Positions 46,974 to 60,135 of a DNA stretch of 64,000 nucleotides are shown here, in pieces. Under the pieces are notes generated by a model that saw only the letters and a list, made by a program, of their open reading frames with translations, did no database searches and was not told where the DNA came from. The number at the start of each line of letters is the position of its first letter. Within the stretch, counting starts at the first letter, position 1. The DNA comes from Octopus bimaculoides. Taxonomy: Eukaryota. Made by a program: the position numbers and the translations under genes. The DNA lies in NCBI RefSeq assembly GCF_001194135.2, contig NC_068987.1, positions 12,286,441 through 12,350,440 on the forward strand, given 5' to 3'.

Positions 46974-47700
46974 CGACGGTTTCATTTTGGTTTAACCCAT
47001 CATGATAGATGACACACTTCATATCTCGCCAAACACAGAGTATAGTATTTTTTTTTCCCACGTGTAGTTGTAGTTTAACTCCTACCTTATTAGTTTTGCT
47101 GGATATCATTATGGAAACCCCATTTTTTTATTTTTTATCACTTGTGATTGTTGTACACAGGAAAGATTCAGTAGCAAGTCTACTCTTCAATGACCAGCAA
47201 AGGTCAACTCTACTTTGATTAAGCTATGAAGCAATCAGATGATGAAGCATCCACTGACCAAGTTTTGGCACTTTCCCTAGCTCTGAAGGAGTATTCTGAT
47301 CAAAATATTACATGAATCGAACTAGTTTACTAATTTTTGTGAAGCTTGTGTAGAATTTTCTTCAACAGTTTTCAGGATCTTTTTATTGACAAAACTTGGT
47401 TGTCCAAACCAAATGGAATCTGTGAGAGAAAAGTTTCCTAGGCAAAACAGCTCAAACCATCATTGGTAGGTTTGGACAATTAAAGCATCATTTCTACAGA
47501 CAGAACAGATATTTCTTGCTGCTTCCATTACTGAAGAGCCCTTTTAGAATTCATAAAACATGCAGTGTCTGCTATGGGTCTGATCTAATCTCGTATTAAA
47601 AGGGTAAAATATATATGAATTTAATCCCTGTGGAATAACGTAATTTGCAAAGAAAGAAAAAATGTTAGACTCTAAAAACTAATGTTTTTCTTACTCTTAA
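46181..47700 (-). pseudogene. Near full-length mariner (DD34D) transposon fossil, split by a family C insertion
   Basis: Pieced translation: RHCMFYEF*KG..EAARNICSV..*WFELFCLGNFSLTD..GKVPKLGQWMLHHL..ITSDKK..LHVGKKNTILCVWRDMKCVIYH..NETVD|VEK*CHQLE..KKVLFLHNNTREH..HSPNSAGLAPSVYHLFRSLQN..KPEEF. TIR TA|TTAGGTTGGAAAGAAA at 46181; degenerate partner ending at 47700 followed by TA. Confidence 0.85.
46618..46971 (+). mobile_element. RTE-tail family C inserted into the mariner catalytic domain
   Basis: GGAAGGGCATCCAG core and long (GAT)n tail; removing it restores ACC GTC GAT GTG GAG AAG. Confidence 0.85.
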
Positions 47701-47719
47701 TATAGAAAAAAGTACTCTT

Positions 47720-47767
<48 letters not shown>

Positions 47768-49152
47768 CCCACACACACATGTATATATATACACACATAC
47801 ATATACATGTACATGCACACACATACACATGCACGCACATAGCATACATACATGCATGCATGCGTGTGTGTGTGTGTGTGTGTGTGAGTGTATATATATA
47901 ATATGTTTGAAATTTGTCAAAGACTTCAGTTAATTAGATTTTTCAGAAATAGAAGCAAATATCTAATAGAAGAGAATCATGGTGTTTGAGAAGAGAAATA
48001 CTGTCAGATAAACATGTAATTAAAAATATTATTCTAGCAAAACAGAGGATTAATTTTTGAATGGTTACTAATATCATCNNNNNNNNNNNNNNNNNNNNNN
48101 NNNNNNNNNNNNNNNNNNNNNNNNNNNNNNNNNNNNNNNNNNNNNNNNNNNNNNNNNNNNNNNNNNNNNNNNNNNNNNNNNNNNNNNNNNNNNNNNNNNN
48201 NNNNNNNNNNNNNNNNNNNNNNNNNNNNATATATATATATATATATATAAACAGTTTTATTTTGTTGATTTGGCTAGCTATGGGGCTTAATCCGATTGAT
48301 TTTAATCAATTTGGATAAATTAAATAAAATTAAATAATTAAAAAGAACCAAAATGTCTGAGATGTTTATAACAGGAGAAATGGAATGTAACTTTTTATAT
48401 TGAAGTCCTTCCCTGAAGCGTTAGTGTGTAATTGAAATGAAGATGTTGAAATTTCATCTTCAGGAAGAACATAAGAAGAATGACAACAACAACAATAACA
48501 ATCGTAATGATAACAAAAATGGTTTCTAAAGTATTAATATATTCAATGATTGGCAATAGTAGTATCGAAAAAGAGTCAGTCTTTTTGTCAGTAGCCATTT
48601 TGTGTATTTGATATCCAGACAAACAGCATCGGTAATAGTAGCATCAGTAGTTTTGTGATGATAAACTTTTATTTATTACCATAAAGTCTTGTGGTTCTTT
48701 TATTTTAAATAAATCCATTGAAGGAATTCAATATCGGCCTCATTAACTTCTGTAAGCTGTACATAGTTGAAATTAATGAGACAAGTCTATGGGAAGAAAG
48801 CTTGTCAACTTTAAACCAATGGCACTACACACTGACAGAACTTTCTCTTTAATGAAGCTATCTTATTAACAAAGATAACAAATGAATATGTATCAGGAAA
48901 TTGCTTTCCGGAGAAATGGCAAAGATTGATTTCTGTGTTGAGTGTTTCCTTGCAATATATAATTTAGATAAAACTCACACAGCAACATACAATTAAAGTT
49001 TATTCCCCCACCCCACCCCCACAATCGACAAAGCAAATGGTCACTTTATTCACAATGGATATTAGTTTCTTCCTAACAAGTCTACCTAATAGCTCAGTTC
49101 TTGAAAACAGAAGGTGAGTGTTCTCTTCATTTTCCATATGAATTAGTATATA

Positions 49153-49502
49153 TTCTTTTTCTTTTATTCTTTTACTTGTTTCAGTCATTTGACTGTGGCC
49201 ATGTTGGAGCACCGCCTTTAGTCGAATCCAATTGACCCCGCTACTTGTTCTTTGTAAGCCTAGTACTTATTCTATCGGTCTCTTTTGCCGAACCGCTAAG
49301 TTACAGGGACGTAAACACACCACCATCAGTTGTCAAGTGATGTTGGGGGGACAAACACACATACAAATATATTTATACACACACATACAAATATATTTAT
49401 ATATATATACATATATACGACGGGCTTCTTTCAGTTTCTGTCTACCAAATCCACTCACAAGGCTTTGGTCGGCCCAAGGCTATAGTAGAAGACACTTGCC
49501 CA
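49153..49502 (-). mobile_element. SINE family A, 5'-truncated
   Basis: Reverse complement of the A consensus. Confidence 0.9.
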
Positions 49503-50842
49503 AGATATATATATATCATTACCAGCATCACCTTACTGGCACGTGAAAAAAACATTCAAGCAAGGTCGTTGCCAGTACTGGACTGGCTCCCGTGATAAAT
49601 ATCGATATGAAGCATAAAACACAGTGAATTTTAGATTTAAAAGTTACAATACATTGGTGTAATAAAAATTTGATACAATAAAACATTAAAAAGACGTACT
49701 AAATTGTGCCTTTGATTTCTGGAATTCCTGATTTCATCTGTCTTACCCTTTCCTCGAATTTACTGGCCTTGGACTAAAATGTGAATCCACATCTTTTATA
49801 CTCTAAAATACTGTAAATACCTTCTTTCTTTGCAAAATCCATAGAAATGCCATCTCATGTTTCAGAAAGTGTAATAAAGTTTTCAGAGATTTTCTACAAG
49901 CTCTTCGACCAGCATACATGAGGCTGGAAAACCCCAGGGGAAAACTGAAATTATGTACGTGGGAAGAAGACAGGCAATGAAACAGATTCATCTGACATAA
50001 CTATTGACCTTAGCTTTAGAGATGAAGCTTTCTTTTTCAATATTTTATGCACCAACACGGAATTCCATCAAATTGAAACGTTGACTCATAACATTGATGT
50101 TAAATATTTAATGCATAGATTCTGACACTGTGTAAACATCCATGACTAGACATCTGATGAAAATGAATGAAACATAATGAAACATAATGAAACATAATGT
50201 TGACGTAAATAAAATTAAAAACTATTGCTTATCTCTAAAGATTTGGTTTATAGTGTGCCAAAATCTCTAATTTTATTAGGAATAACTCATTTCACATACT
50301 TAAATATTTAACTTGCTGGCTGTATTTTCATTGAAGGTATGTAACCCAATTGTTAGGGTGTTTTACTCATGCTCGCCAGATTGTGGTTTCAATTCCTGAA
50401 AAAAGCGGTGCGTTGTGTTCATTAGTAAAACATTTTATTTCACATTGCTGCTGTTCACCTAACTGTAAATGTGTAACTCTGTGTCAAACTGGTGCCCTAC
50501 TAGGGATTAATGTTGTGATCTCAGCCACTTATATACCATAGAAATTAGGTAACTGGCCCCTATGAGTTCTAGGACCTGAGACAATATTATCTAGGGGACT
50601 TTAATTTTTTTTTAAAGAAAATCTCAAGAATTCATGGAATGGTTACTACTTAGTCACACTAACAGAATGAAAGATGCAATATTAAGATTATTGTATTTAT
50701 TCATATATATGTTGTACTATTATATATATAGTGATTTTAACTGAAAAAATTTGGATGTAACTTATAAATGGGGCAGAGCTAAAATTACAAGGGAAAAACT
50801 TTTGTACCAAGATTTAATACTAAATTAGCAATGCTACTTATA

Positions 50843-51031
50843 TGAGGGTGTGCTGAAAAGTTACTGGCTTTAAGGGTATCACAAAAGTTCTTTTACAGGG
50901 CTTAGAAAAACTGAAAGACTGCTGCAATAAGTGTATGGATGTGAGAGGGGAATATGTTCAATAAAACCATAATTAAACACTCCTCCTGTATTTTCTTTTA
51001 CACAAAGCCAGGGACTTTCAGCACTCCCTCG
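50843..51031 (+). mobile_element. Mariner-derived MITE retaining the transposase C-terminus
   Basis: TA|TGAGGGTGTGCTGAAAAGT ... ACTTTCAGCACTCCCTCG|TA; 50899-50964 reads GLEKLKDCCNKCMDVRGEYVQ* (mariner W.KC...G.Y.E* ending). Confidence 0.8.
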
Positions 51032-51329
51032 TATGTGACTAAATATGGTATATTGAAAATTGCATATTTTCAGAAGAAAAAAAAAGAAAATATAGAACCA
51101 TTATATTTTACATTTTATATTGCTTTGCCAAGACATTTTATTCCGAGAGTGTCAGTTTGAAATTAGGTAAAATGTCAATTCATGCTACATAGAAAGGTGT
51201 GTTTTCTTCAGATTTTAAATAATGTAAAGAAATCAATATATGGATAAAGTTAAGTATAACTAAATCTTTATAGTTTTCATGATAAGATCAGCTGTTCCAT
51301 ATCCATTTAGGTCAGCAGAAATCTCAAAA

Positions 51330-51377
51330 ATGTATACATATATGTGTGTGTGTATATACATCTATATAAGCATATGA

Positions 51378-51442
<65 letters not shown>

Positions 51443-51764
51443 CATATGAATATGTATAGATGCATATGTACATGTTTATAAATATATAAACATACACATA
51501 TGCTTGTGAGTGTGTACCATATGCGAATGTACTTATAAACACATGTTGGTGAGGTGTCCTTTATGTAGATAACTAGCACATCATTTGGTCAAAGACACCT
51601 GGCTGTATTACTGAGAAAAAAAGAAAGACAAATATATATATAAATGAAAAAAAATATAAAATCAATAAAGTTCCAACTTTAAAAAAACCATGTACAAAAA
51701 TATATGCTTGCATCATTGTAATTGTGTGTTTGTATGTATGAATGTCTATATGTATATATTATGG

Positions 51765-51796
<32 letters not shown>

Positions 51797-51874
51797 CCGT
51801 ATGTGTGTATGTATGTACATATATTTAAGTGTGTGTGAGTATATATGAGTATATATATACATATNNNNNNNNNN

Positions 51875-51928
<54 letters not shown>

Positions 51929-53963
51929 TAAATCTCTGAGCAAGACATAACCAGTAGCAGCATGGAATCGTGAAGTATATTTGCCACCTAAATGTTGTTT
52001 ATAGCCCCAGGAAGACATTGCCTCCAGCTGCCTGATGACACACTGCCTGTGTCCGATTAGTATTTGTGAAGGGCAATCAAGGGAAATCGCCATCACTAGT
52101 GATTACTCTGAACACCCTGTTGTTGTCTGGATGTTTGATTTTTATCACTCTTGGTACATCTTTTGGGGACATGGCAATGTGAATGCCAAGCAGTACAGTA
52201 TGTTGTTTCCAAATTTCTGGCAGAGTGAATTACATCATGGTGCTGTTTTTCTCAGAGACAGTGCCCAACTTACCCTACTATACTATGCAGTCAACAAAAT
52301 CAAGAGCAAATCATGCACAGGCACTAAATAAAAAATATAAAATGGCAGCAATATATATGTGTGTGTGTTATATAATATGTGTGTGTGTATGTTATATAAT
52401 ATGTGTGTGTGTGTTATATATAATATGTGTGTGTGTATGTTATATATAATGTGTGTGTGTGCGTGCGCGCGCAGTCATTCACATATGAATATACATACAC
52501 TAATACATACATACATAAATACATACAGACATGCATATATATATATACATTTATATACATGCATATATATACATACATATATGTATATATATATATATGT
52601 GTATATATACACGCACACATACATGCATACATATGTATGCATGTATGTATGTATCTATGTATGTATAATGTAACGCAAGATAGATGCAATAACATGCATG
52701 CCATAATACACAAGGGACTACAAACATTACTATTAAATTCAATATCAATTCATACTAAACATGCCTCAGTTCGTTTTTAATTACTAATTTAATCCCAAGA
52801 GTAAAACAAAGAGTTGTGCATATGAACCAGTCTTTTAAATACATTTTAAGCTATTTCATGTTGTGAATGGTGGAGTGATGTTGCTTTTATTATATTATAT
52901 TATATTATATTATGTCTTATCATGTATTAAACTATTTTTTTTAAACATTTTTCTCTCAAGCTAGTAACTAAAACACAGCACAATATCCGAAGGTTTATTG
53001 ACATTTGATATTATTTATACTCCCTATTGTATTTTGTGTGTATCCTTATATATATATGTATATATATATATATATNNNNNNNNNNNNNNNNNNNNNNNNN
53101 NNNNNNNNNNNNNNNNNNNNNNNNNNNNNNNNNNNNNNNNNNNNNNNNNNNNNNNNNNNNNNNNNNNNNNNNNNNNNNNNNNNNNNNNNNNNNNNNNNNN
53201 NNNNNNNNNNNNNNNNNNNNNNNNNNNNNNNNNNNNNNNNNNNNNNNNNNNNNNNNNNNNNNNNNNNNNNNNNNNNNNNNNNNNNNNNNNNNNNNNNNNN
53301 NNNNNNNNNNNNNNNNNNNNNNNNNNNNNNNNNNNNNNNNNNNNNNNNNNNNNNNNNNNNNNNNNNNNNNNNNNNNNNNNNNNNNNNNNNNNNNNNNNNN
53401 NNNNNNNNNNNNNNNNNNNNNNNNNNNNNNNNNNNNNNNNNNNNNNNNNNNNNNNNNNNNNNNNNNNNNNNNNNNNNNNNNNNNNNNNNNNNNNNNNNNN
53501 NNNNNNNNNNNNNNNNNNNNNNNNNNNNNNNNNNNNNNNNNNNNNNNNNNNNNNNNNNNNNNNNNNNNNNNNNNNNNNNNNNNNNNNNNNNNNNNNNNNN
53601 NNNNNNNNNNNNNNNNNNNNNNNNNNNNNNNNNNNNNNNNNNNNNNNNNNNNNNNNNNNNNNNNNNNNNNNNNNNNNNNNNNNNNNNNNNNNNNNNNNNN
53701 NNNNNNNNNNNNNNNNNNNNNNNNNNNNNNNNNNNNNNNNNNNNNNNNNNNNNNNNNNNNNNNNNNNNNNNNNNNNNNNNNNNNNNNNNNNNNNNNNNNN
53801 NNNNNNNNNNNNNNNNNNNNNNNNNNNNNNNNNNNNNNNNNNNNNNNNNNNNNNNNNNNNNNNNNNNNNNNNNNNNNNNNNNNNNNNNNNNNNNNNNNNN
53901 NNNNNNNNNNNNNNNNNNNNNNNNNNNNNNNNNNNNNNNNNNNNNNNNNNNNNNNNNNNNNNN

Positions 53964-54010
<47 letters not shown>

Positions 54011-54230
54011 TATCAATTTGTATGTAAGTATGTATGTAGGCATGCATAATTTTCTGTATATAAATGGATACATGCACATACACACAAACACACACACACA
54101 AAACATGTTTATATATATACATAATTACCTCTATTTCCTCCATTTTTCTCTCTGTATTTATATGAGAGTGTGTATATGTTTATATTTTTGTTGTTTATAT
54201 ATGTGTGTATACATTCATGTACATCTTAAA
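51330..54230. repeat. Microsatellite-dense zone: (TA)n, (TG/CA)n, (TACA)n, 22-24-bp minisatellite at 52351-52462, and gaps 51865-51874 and 53076-53963
   Basis: Seen directly; many further (TA)n, (TG)n and (GA)n tracts occur window-wide. Confidence 0.95.
52035..52331 (+). pseudogene. Possible Tc1-family DDE fragment
   Basis: HPVVVW..GNVNAKQY..VFLRDSA resembles Tc1 HP.SVMVW..GNLNA..Y..FQQDNAP motifs; heavily decayed. Confidence 0.35.
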
Positions 54231-55079
54231 AATGAAGTTCCAATCATTATATCGTAGAAATAATCTGACATACATCAAACAAATGAAAAAATATATAGAT
54301 CTAAAAATGAATGAAGCAGATACAAAGTAAGTCCTCTTCTTTCAGTTTAGATGAGAAGTATAAAAACCATCTACTATGATAATATTCTTGTGTTTTTCTC
54401 AGTCACAACATATGAATGAGACAAAAAGGAGTGATAGATGAATAAGGAAGGAACGGGTGATGGCAAAAATGGTAGTGGGAGTGTTTCAACTCTGTGTGAG
54501 TATATGTGTGTATATGTAAAAGGGAGGTATATAAATGTGTGCGTGTGTGTGCGTGTGTGTGCAATGGCAGTGGGATGGTGAACAGTCAATGCTGAAAAGA
54601 AAAAGTCAAACAGCGTTTCAACTCTGTGTGATTATATGTGTGTATGTGTGCGCATGTACAAGGGAAGTATGTGAATGTTTGTATGTGTGAACCAGCGTTC
54701 TTTCAGTATCAAACGATGTTTGATGTCACATCTCAAAAGACAACTACTAGATAACATTGACAAGTGTATTAATATAGTTAATAGCATCAGGTGGATAACT
54801 TGATTTAAAGTGCATGTATAAAGAGGTTAGTTGTTACTTTCTACATTATATGTGATGAATTGGTAGGTGGTTGCTTTATTTCTAGTGTTATTCTCAGATT
54901 GAACTTTTTCAAGGTAACAAGGACTTTATTTTAGATGTGATTACTAGTTGTGCATCATATCTGAGTATTTGAACCTATTATTTCATCATCACTATACAGT
55001 CTTATACTAGTATTGTTACATATCTCTTGGTAGATCACTCAAAAGAGGTAGGTGTATGAATCCACATACCTCATCACTT

Positions 55080-55485
55080 TTGTAGTAGTAGTAGTAGTAG
55101 TAGTAGTAAGAGGGCGTGTGCTGTAATAGCACATCACTGCATCCACCGTTTTCTGGTGATGCCTTACTTCTTCAAGTCGATGATACCTTTGCACCACTCA
55201 AGTGACACCTCCAATCCATGGGTCTGTTTGGGTGGCTGATGTTGGTAAAGGTTTTGTGTGGTCAGAGTGTAAATTTTACCTTAACCACTTTTAGTTACCT
55301 TTTACAACATGCAGGGGGAAATGTTGGGTCTATTCTTTGATGTACTGGTCCCCACACAGCACAAAAGTAATGGAAAATGAAGTGGTTTGTTAAAAAACAC
55401 AACTCACCACCCAGTGCAAGAACTGAACTTATGACCTGGTGATCATAAGTGCAATGCTCTAACAACTAGGCCATATGCCCTCACT
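55080..55485 (-). mobile_element. D-like tRNA head with a distinct tail ending in (TAC)n
   Basis: GGCATATGGCCTAGTTGTTAGAGC head on the minus strand; (GTA)n at 55082-55107. Confidence 0.45.
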
Positions 55486-55865
55486 ATTGTAACTTCACAT
55501 AAAAATGTCAAAAACTTCATCATGGTTTTTACCTATCATTCCTTTGTGTTAAATAAGAGCTATCATCTAGAATGTAATAAAGTTTTGAGCTTGTCTAATG
55601 CTGTCTTTATATAAAAGGTGATTGATGGGTAAAAATCTACAATGGTAAATTGGATATATTTGCATTGGTTTTTAATCTTGATCTGTTCGAACAAATTATT
55701 ACATTGGTGATGTATTTTGACATAAGTTATGAAGTATGTTGTCTTTATTGGAGCATTTGTTGATTAAGATGACAAACTGTTTTAGCACATGGGTGATAGA
55801 ATTCCTGCTGATTAGTGGAGTGAACCAGATCATGTTGTTTTTTTTTTTGCTCTCTACTGTTTGGA

Positions 55866-55905
<40 letters not shown>

Positions 55906-56435
55906 TAGTGGATGAAATATAGGCTGTTGTGTTTGTTTTTGAAGTGGTTGTGTATTAATTTGATATTGCAGGATTTGTCATTGGAACAATGGTTTTAGTT
56001 GAAAACAATAATCTGTTTATGTTTTCTAACATGATATGTCTATACAGGGACAGAATTTTAAAATGTTTTAGCTAAATACAAATATTTGTACCAAGATATC
56101 AAGATATTACTTGACTGGACATGAATTGCATCTTATAGTGCCATTGGGATATGGAGCTGTAGTTTCAACAATGCTCTAGCTTATAGAAATGTGGCCAGTT
56201 TTACTCTTTCAATTTGCAGGTATGTATAGATAGGGAGTGGAATTTATTTTATCTTTGGTGCTGAAGGATTACTCATTTTTGCCAGGTGGGTGGACTGGAG
56301 TGATGCAAAATGAAGTGTTTTGCTCAGGAATACAATATGTCACTTGGTCCAGGAATCGAAACCCCAATTCTACAATCATGAGTCCAACACCCTAACCATT
56401 AAACCACATGCCTGATCTTGAATATGTTCTATATA

Positions 56436-56873
56436 GGCGTAGGAGTGGCTGTATGGTAAGTAGCTTGCTTAACAACCACATGGTTCCGGGTTCAGTCACA
56501 CTGTGTGGCACCTTGGGCAAGTGTCTTCTACTATAGCCTCAGGCCAANNNNNNNNNNTTGGGCAAGTGTCTTCTACTATAGCCTCAGGCCAACCAAATCC
56601 TTGTGAGTGGATTTGGTAGACGGAAACTGAAAGAAGCCCATTGTATATATATATATATGTGTGTTTGTGTGTTTGTGTTTGTCCCCTCACCTTCGCTTGA
56701 CAACCGATGTTGGTATGTTCATGTCCCCGTAACTTAGTGGTTCGGCCAATGAGATCAATAGAATAATTACTAGGCTTACAAAGAATAAGTCCTGGGGTCA
56801 ATTTCTTCGACTAAAGGTGGTGCTCCAGCATGACCACAGTCAAATGACTGGAACAAATAAAAGAATAAAAGAA
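56436..56873 (+). mobile_element. SINE family A spanning a 10-N gap
   Basis: Full head and tail; the 39 bp repeated across the gap is probably an assembly artefact. Confidence 0.85.
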
Positions 56874-57102
56874 TTTGACCCATTTATAATTTTTCCAGTA
56901 TCATTTACAGAAATTACTATTCCTCTGAATATAAGTATCTTTATGATGCATTAGACATTAAGTGGGATGTAATGAAGCTGTAATTGCATTCTGGTAATTA
57001 GAATAGACTATGTCTCACAAAGGCGATATTGTATATATCAATTATAGCGCATATGGATAGTATTGAAAAAAAAACTGCATTTGACTCATGGAAAATACCA
57101 TA

Positions 57103-57336
57103 GGGTGGCGAGCTGGCAGAATCATTAGGACGCCAGGCGAAATGCTTAACGGTATTTTGCCTGCCGTTACGTTCTGAGTTCAAATTCCACCAAGGTCGAC
57201 TTTGCCTTTCATCCTTTCGGAGTCGATAAATTAAATACCAGTTATGCACTGGGGTTGATGTAATCGACCTAATCCGTTTGTCTGTCCTTGTTTGTTCCCT
57301 CTATGTTTAGCCCCTTGTGGGCAATAAAGAAATAAG
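57103..57336 (+). mobile_element. SINE family B, tail B1
   Basis: Same TTTGTCTGTCCTTGTTTG..GGGCAATAAAGAAATAAG tail as 1722-1957. Confidence 0.9.
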
Positions 57337-57966
57337 GAAAATACCTTAAAAATTCACAAACATGTAGTGTTCATTTACCTTTACACAGAAAGATAGAATT
57401 AATTTTACCACTCCACATTAATATGTTTGATAGCTAAAGGACAGCACAAATTCTCTTGAGTAGAATCTAATATTTGGAAATGAGTATTGTAAATTCTTAC
57501 TGGATTTATTATTCAATCAGAAATACATATCCATTTATTAAACTAGAAATGCTACTTATGGTACTGATAAGATTAAGAGATGGAAAATTCATCACACATA
57601 ACGTAAAACTCCGCACAGAAAACTATATGTTAATATCACACAGAAACATGCACGGGGTGTGAAACAATTTAAGCTTCAACCTACCTATATCTACAGTATT
57701 TTCCAATTATAGATTTCTTTAGTAACTTCCCAGATATCATCTCTTAATATTACTCTCTGCCATTGCCTCTACCTTCTCTGTCTATCTGCATCTTTATCTG
57801 TTGTTATTGCTCTCATAGATATTCATCATCATCATCATCATCATTTAACGTCCGCTTTCCATGCTAGCATGGGTTGGACGATTTGACTGAGGACTGGTGA
57901 AACCGGATGGCAACACCAGGCTCCAATCTAAATTTGTGTTTGAATATATATACATATACATATATA

Positions 57967-58370
57967 GGTGCAGGAGTGGCTGTGTGGTAAGTAGCTTACT
58001 TACCAGCCACATGGTTCCGAGTTCAGTCCCACTGCGTGGCATCTTGGGCAAGTGTCTTCTACTATAGCCTCGGGCTGACCAAAGCCTTGTGAGTGGATTT
58101 GGTTAGACGGAAACTGAAAGAAGACGTTGTATATATTTATATATATATGTGCGTGTTTGTGTGTCTGTATTTGTCCCCCTAGCATTGCTTGATAACCGAT
58201 GCTGGTGTGTTTATGTCCCCGTCACTTAGTGGTTCGGCAAAAGAGACCGATAGAATAAGTACTAGGCTTACAAATAATAAGTCCCAGGATCGATTTGCTA
58301 AACTAAAGGCGATGCTCCAGCATGACCGCAGTCAAATGACTGAAACAAGTAAAAGAGTAAGGTAAAAGAG
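57967..58370 (+). mobile_element. SINE family A, full length; abuts a truncated family C copy at 57825-57930 (-)
   Basis: Complete head and tail. Confidence 0.9.
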
Positions 58371-58419
58371 TATACATACATATATATATACACGCATACA
58401 TAGAAACATAACACTCACA

Positions 58420-58450
<31 letters not shown>

Positions 58451-58954
58451 GCTTTTTCTAAAACAAAGAAACAAAATTCCATTGTTAACAAAGCCATAAA
58501 AAGACATGTTTTATTACCCACATCACACTTCAAAATAAATCGTTTAAAGCACAATACACCCAAATCACTCAGACGTTAATTAGGGATATATTGGTAGCTA
58601 CTCACAAAAGATATGTCCTTAATTAGTTTTACAGCTAATCTGATTTATAATCAATCTTTCTCAAGAGATGTACCACCTTTCATACCTACACATACCTACC
58701 TGAAAAAAAAGAAAAAGATTAACATGCCTCATCACCAATTCACCAACAAATCATAAACAAATTAATAACATACCTTCTCATCAATGATTACAAGAAATAC
58801 AAACCTGACATCACAATAAAAGAAAACCATCTAAGCAACCAGTGAAGAGGTAAAAAAAAACAACATTCAATAAGCACAAAATGTTAACCATTGAATCAAC
58901 AGAAGCACTGGACCACACACACGCATGAAACTTTCAATTTCACTAAAACTACAT

Positions 58955-59002
<48 letters not shown>

Positions 59003-59199
59003 ACACACACACACACACACTTATGCGTGCACGCACACGCATACACACACATACACACACACACACTAAAGGATATAAATGTACCACTAATACTGAATTG
59101 TAACAGTTCTCGCCTGATGATTACAATGGCATGAAACTTTCAATTTCAATAAACACACACACATGCATGTGTGCAGAGGGAAAAGCAAAGATTGGTGAA

Positions 59200-59640
59200 G
59201 GCATGGGTGTGTAGTCATGAAGTCTGCTTCTTAAGCACATGATTTCGGGGTCAGGCCCACTGCATGGTAATTTATAACCCCAAGGCCTATCAAACCTTTT
59301 GGTAAATGGAAACTTTATAAAATCCCGTCATGTATGTTTATGTGAGTGTGTGCATGTGTGTGTGTATGTGTGTGTGTGTGTGTGCGTGTGCATGGATATG
59401 TCTGCGTCTTCTTCTTGTGACATTATGCAACAGTTGTAAATGAGTGTCACCAACGTTTAAGTGGTGTTGCTCATTTCCAATCTTCTGTGGTAACATGTTC
59501 AGCCATAGGGGGAAATATTAGCTTATTAGGAAACAGATGAAGGTTGGCAACAGGAAAGGCATCCAGTGGTAGAAACTCTGCCTCAGTGAATGCCATCTGA
59601 CCCACAAAAGCACGGAAAGTGAACATTGAAATGGTGACGA
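59200..59640 (+). mobile_element. A-head / E-tail SINE
   Basis: A-type head and GTAAATGGAAACT..CCCGTC, TG tract, then the E tail with GGCAACAGGAAAGGCATCCAG. Confidence 0.65.
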
Positions 59641-59724
59641 TCAGGTTCAGAATTAAGATTGTGGGATTACACAGTCAAGATATATCATTAACTTCTTCAT
59701 TCCGTAATTATTATTATTATAATT

Positions 59725-59925
59725 AAGGTGGTGCACTGGCAGGATCGTTAGCATGCTGGGCAAAATGCCCAGTGCCATCTCATCTGTCTTTACATTTCAC
59801 CGAGGTTGACTTAGCCTTTCAGCGTTTCAGGATTGATAAAATAAGTACCAGTTGAACATTAAGGTCGATGTAATTGACTATACCCCTTCCTCCAAATTTC
59901 AGGCCCTTTGGATATAATAGAAAGG
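59725..59925 (+). mobile_element. SINE family B, tail B2
   Basis: Head, middle and tail present; runs into a triplet microsatellite. Confidence 0.8.
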
Positions 59926-60096
59926 ATTATCATCATCATCATTACCATCATCATCATCATTACCATCATCATCATCATTACCATCATCATCATCATCATT
60001 ATTATCATTATTGTTATCATTATTATTATTATCATCGTCATCATCATCGTCACTATCATCATCGTCATCATCATCATAATTTTTTAATTATCATCA

Positions 60097-60134
<38 letters not shown>

Positions 60135-60135
60135 G
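59926..60135 (+). repeat. Compound (CAT/TAT)n microsatellite with higher-order (CAT)4-5TAC units; second (TAT/CAT)n tract at 60240-60388
   Basis: Seen directly. Confidence 0.95.

Noticed and set aside
48395-48622. ORF with a transmembrane-like stretch TIFVIITIVIVVVVILLMFFL
   Set aside because: The hydrophobic run comes from an (ACA/ATA)n low-complexity tract; there is a stop just upstream and no convincing splice sites.
49081-49113. 33-nt plus-strand exon candidate (AAG|GTGAGT donor); likewise 42549-42573 (+) and 38471-38515 (-)
   Set aside because: Each has only one strong splice site and no recognisable peptide; within chance expectation for 64 kb of AT-rich DNA.
54327-54402. Canonical-looking 76-nt plus-strand intron
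   Set aside because: Joined flanks hit a stop within four codons and lie in low-complexity sequence.
56510-56590. 39-bp tandem duplication inside a SINE A
   Set aside because: The copies flank a 10-N gap, typical of unmerged contig overlap; the same applies to 63200-63280.
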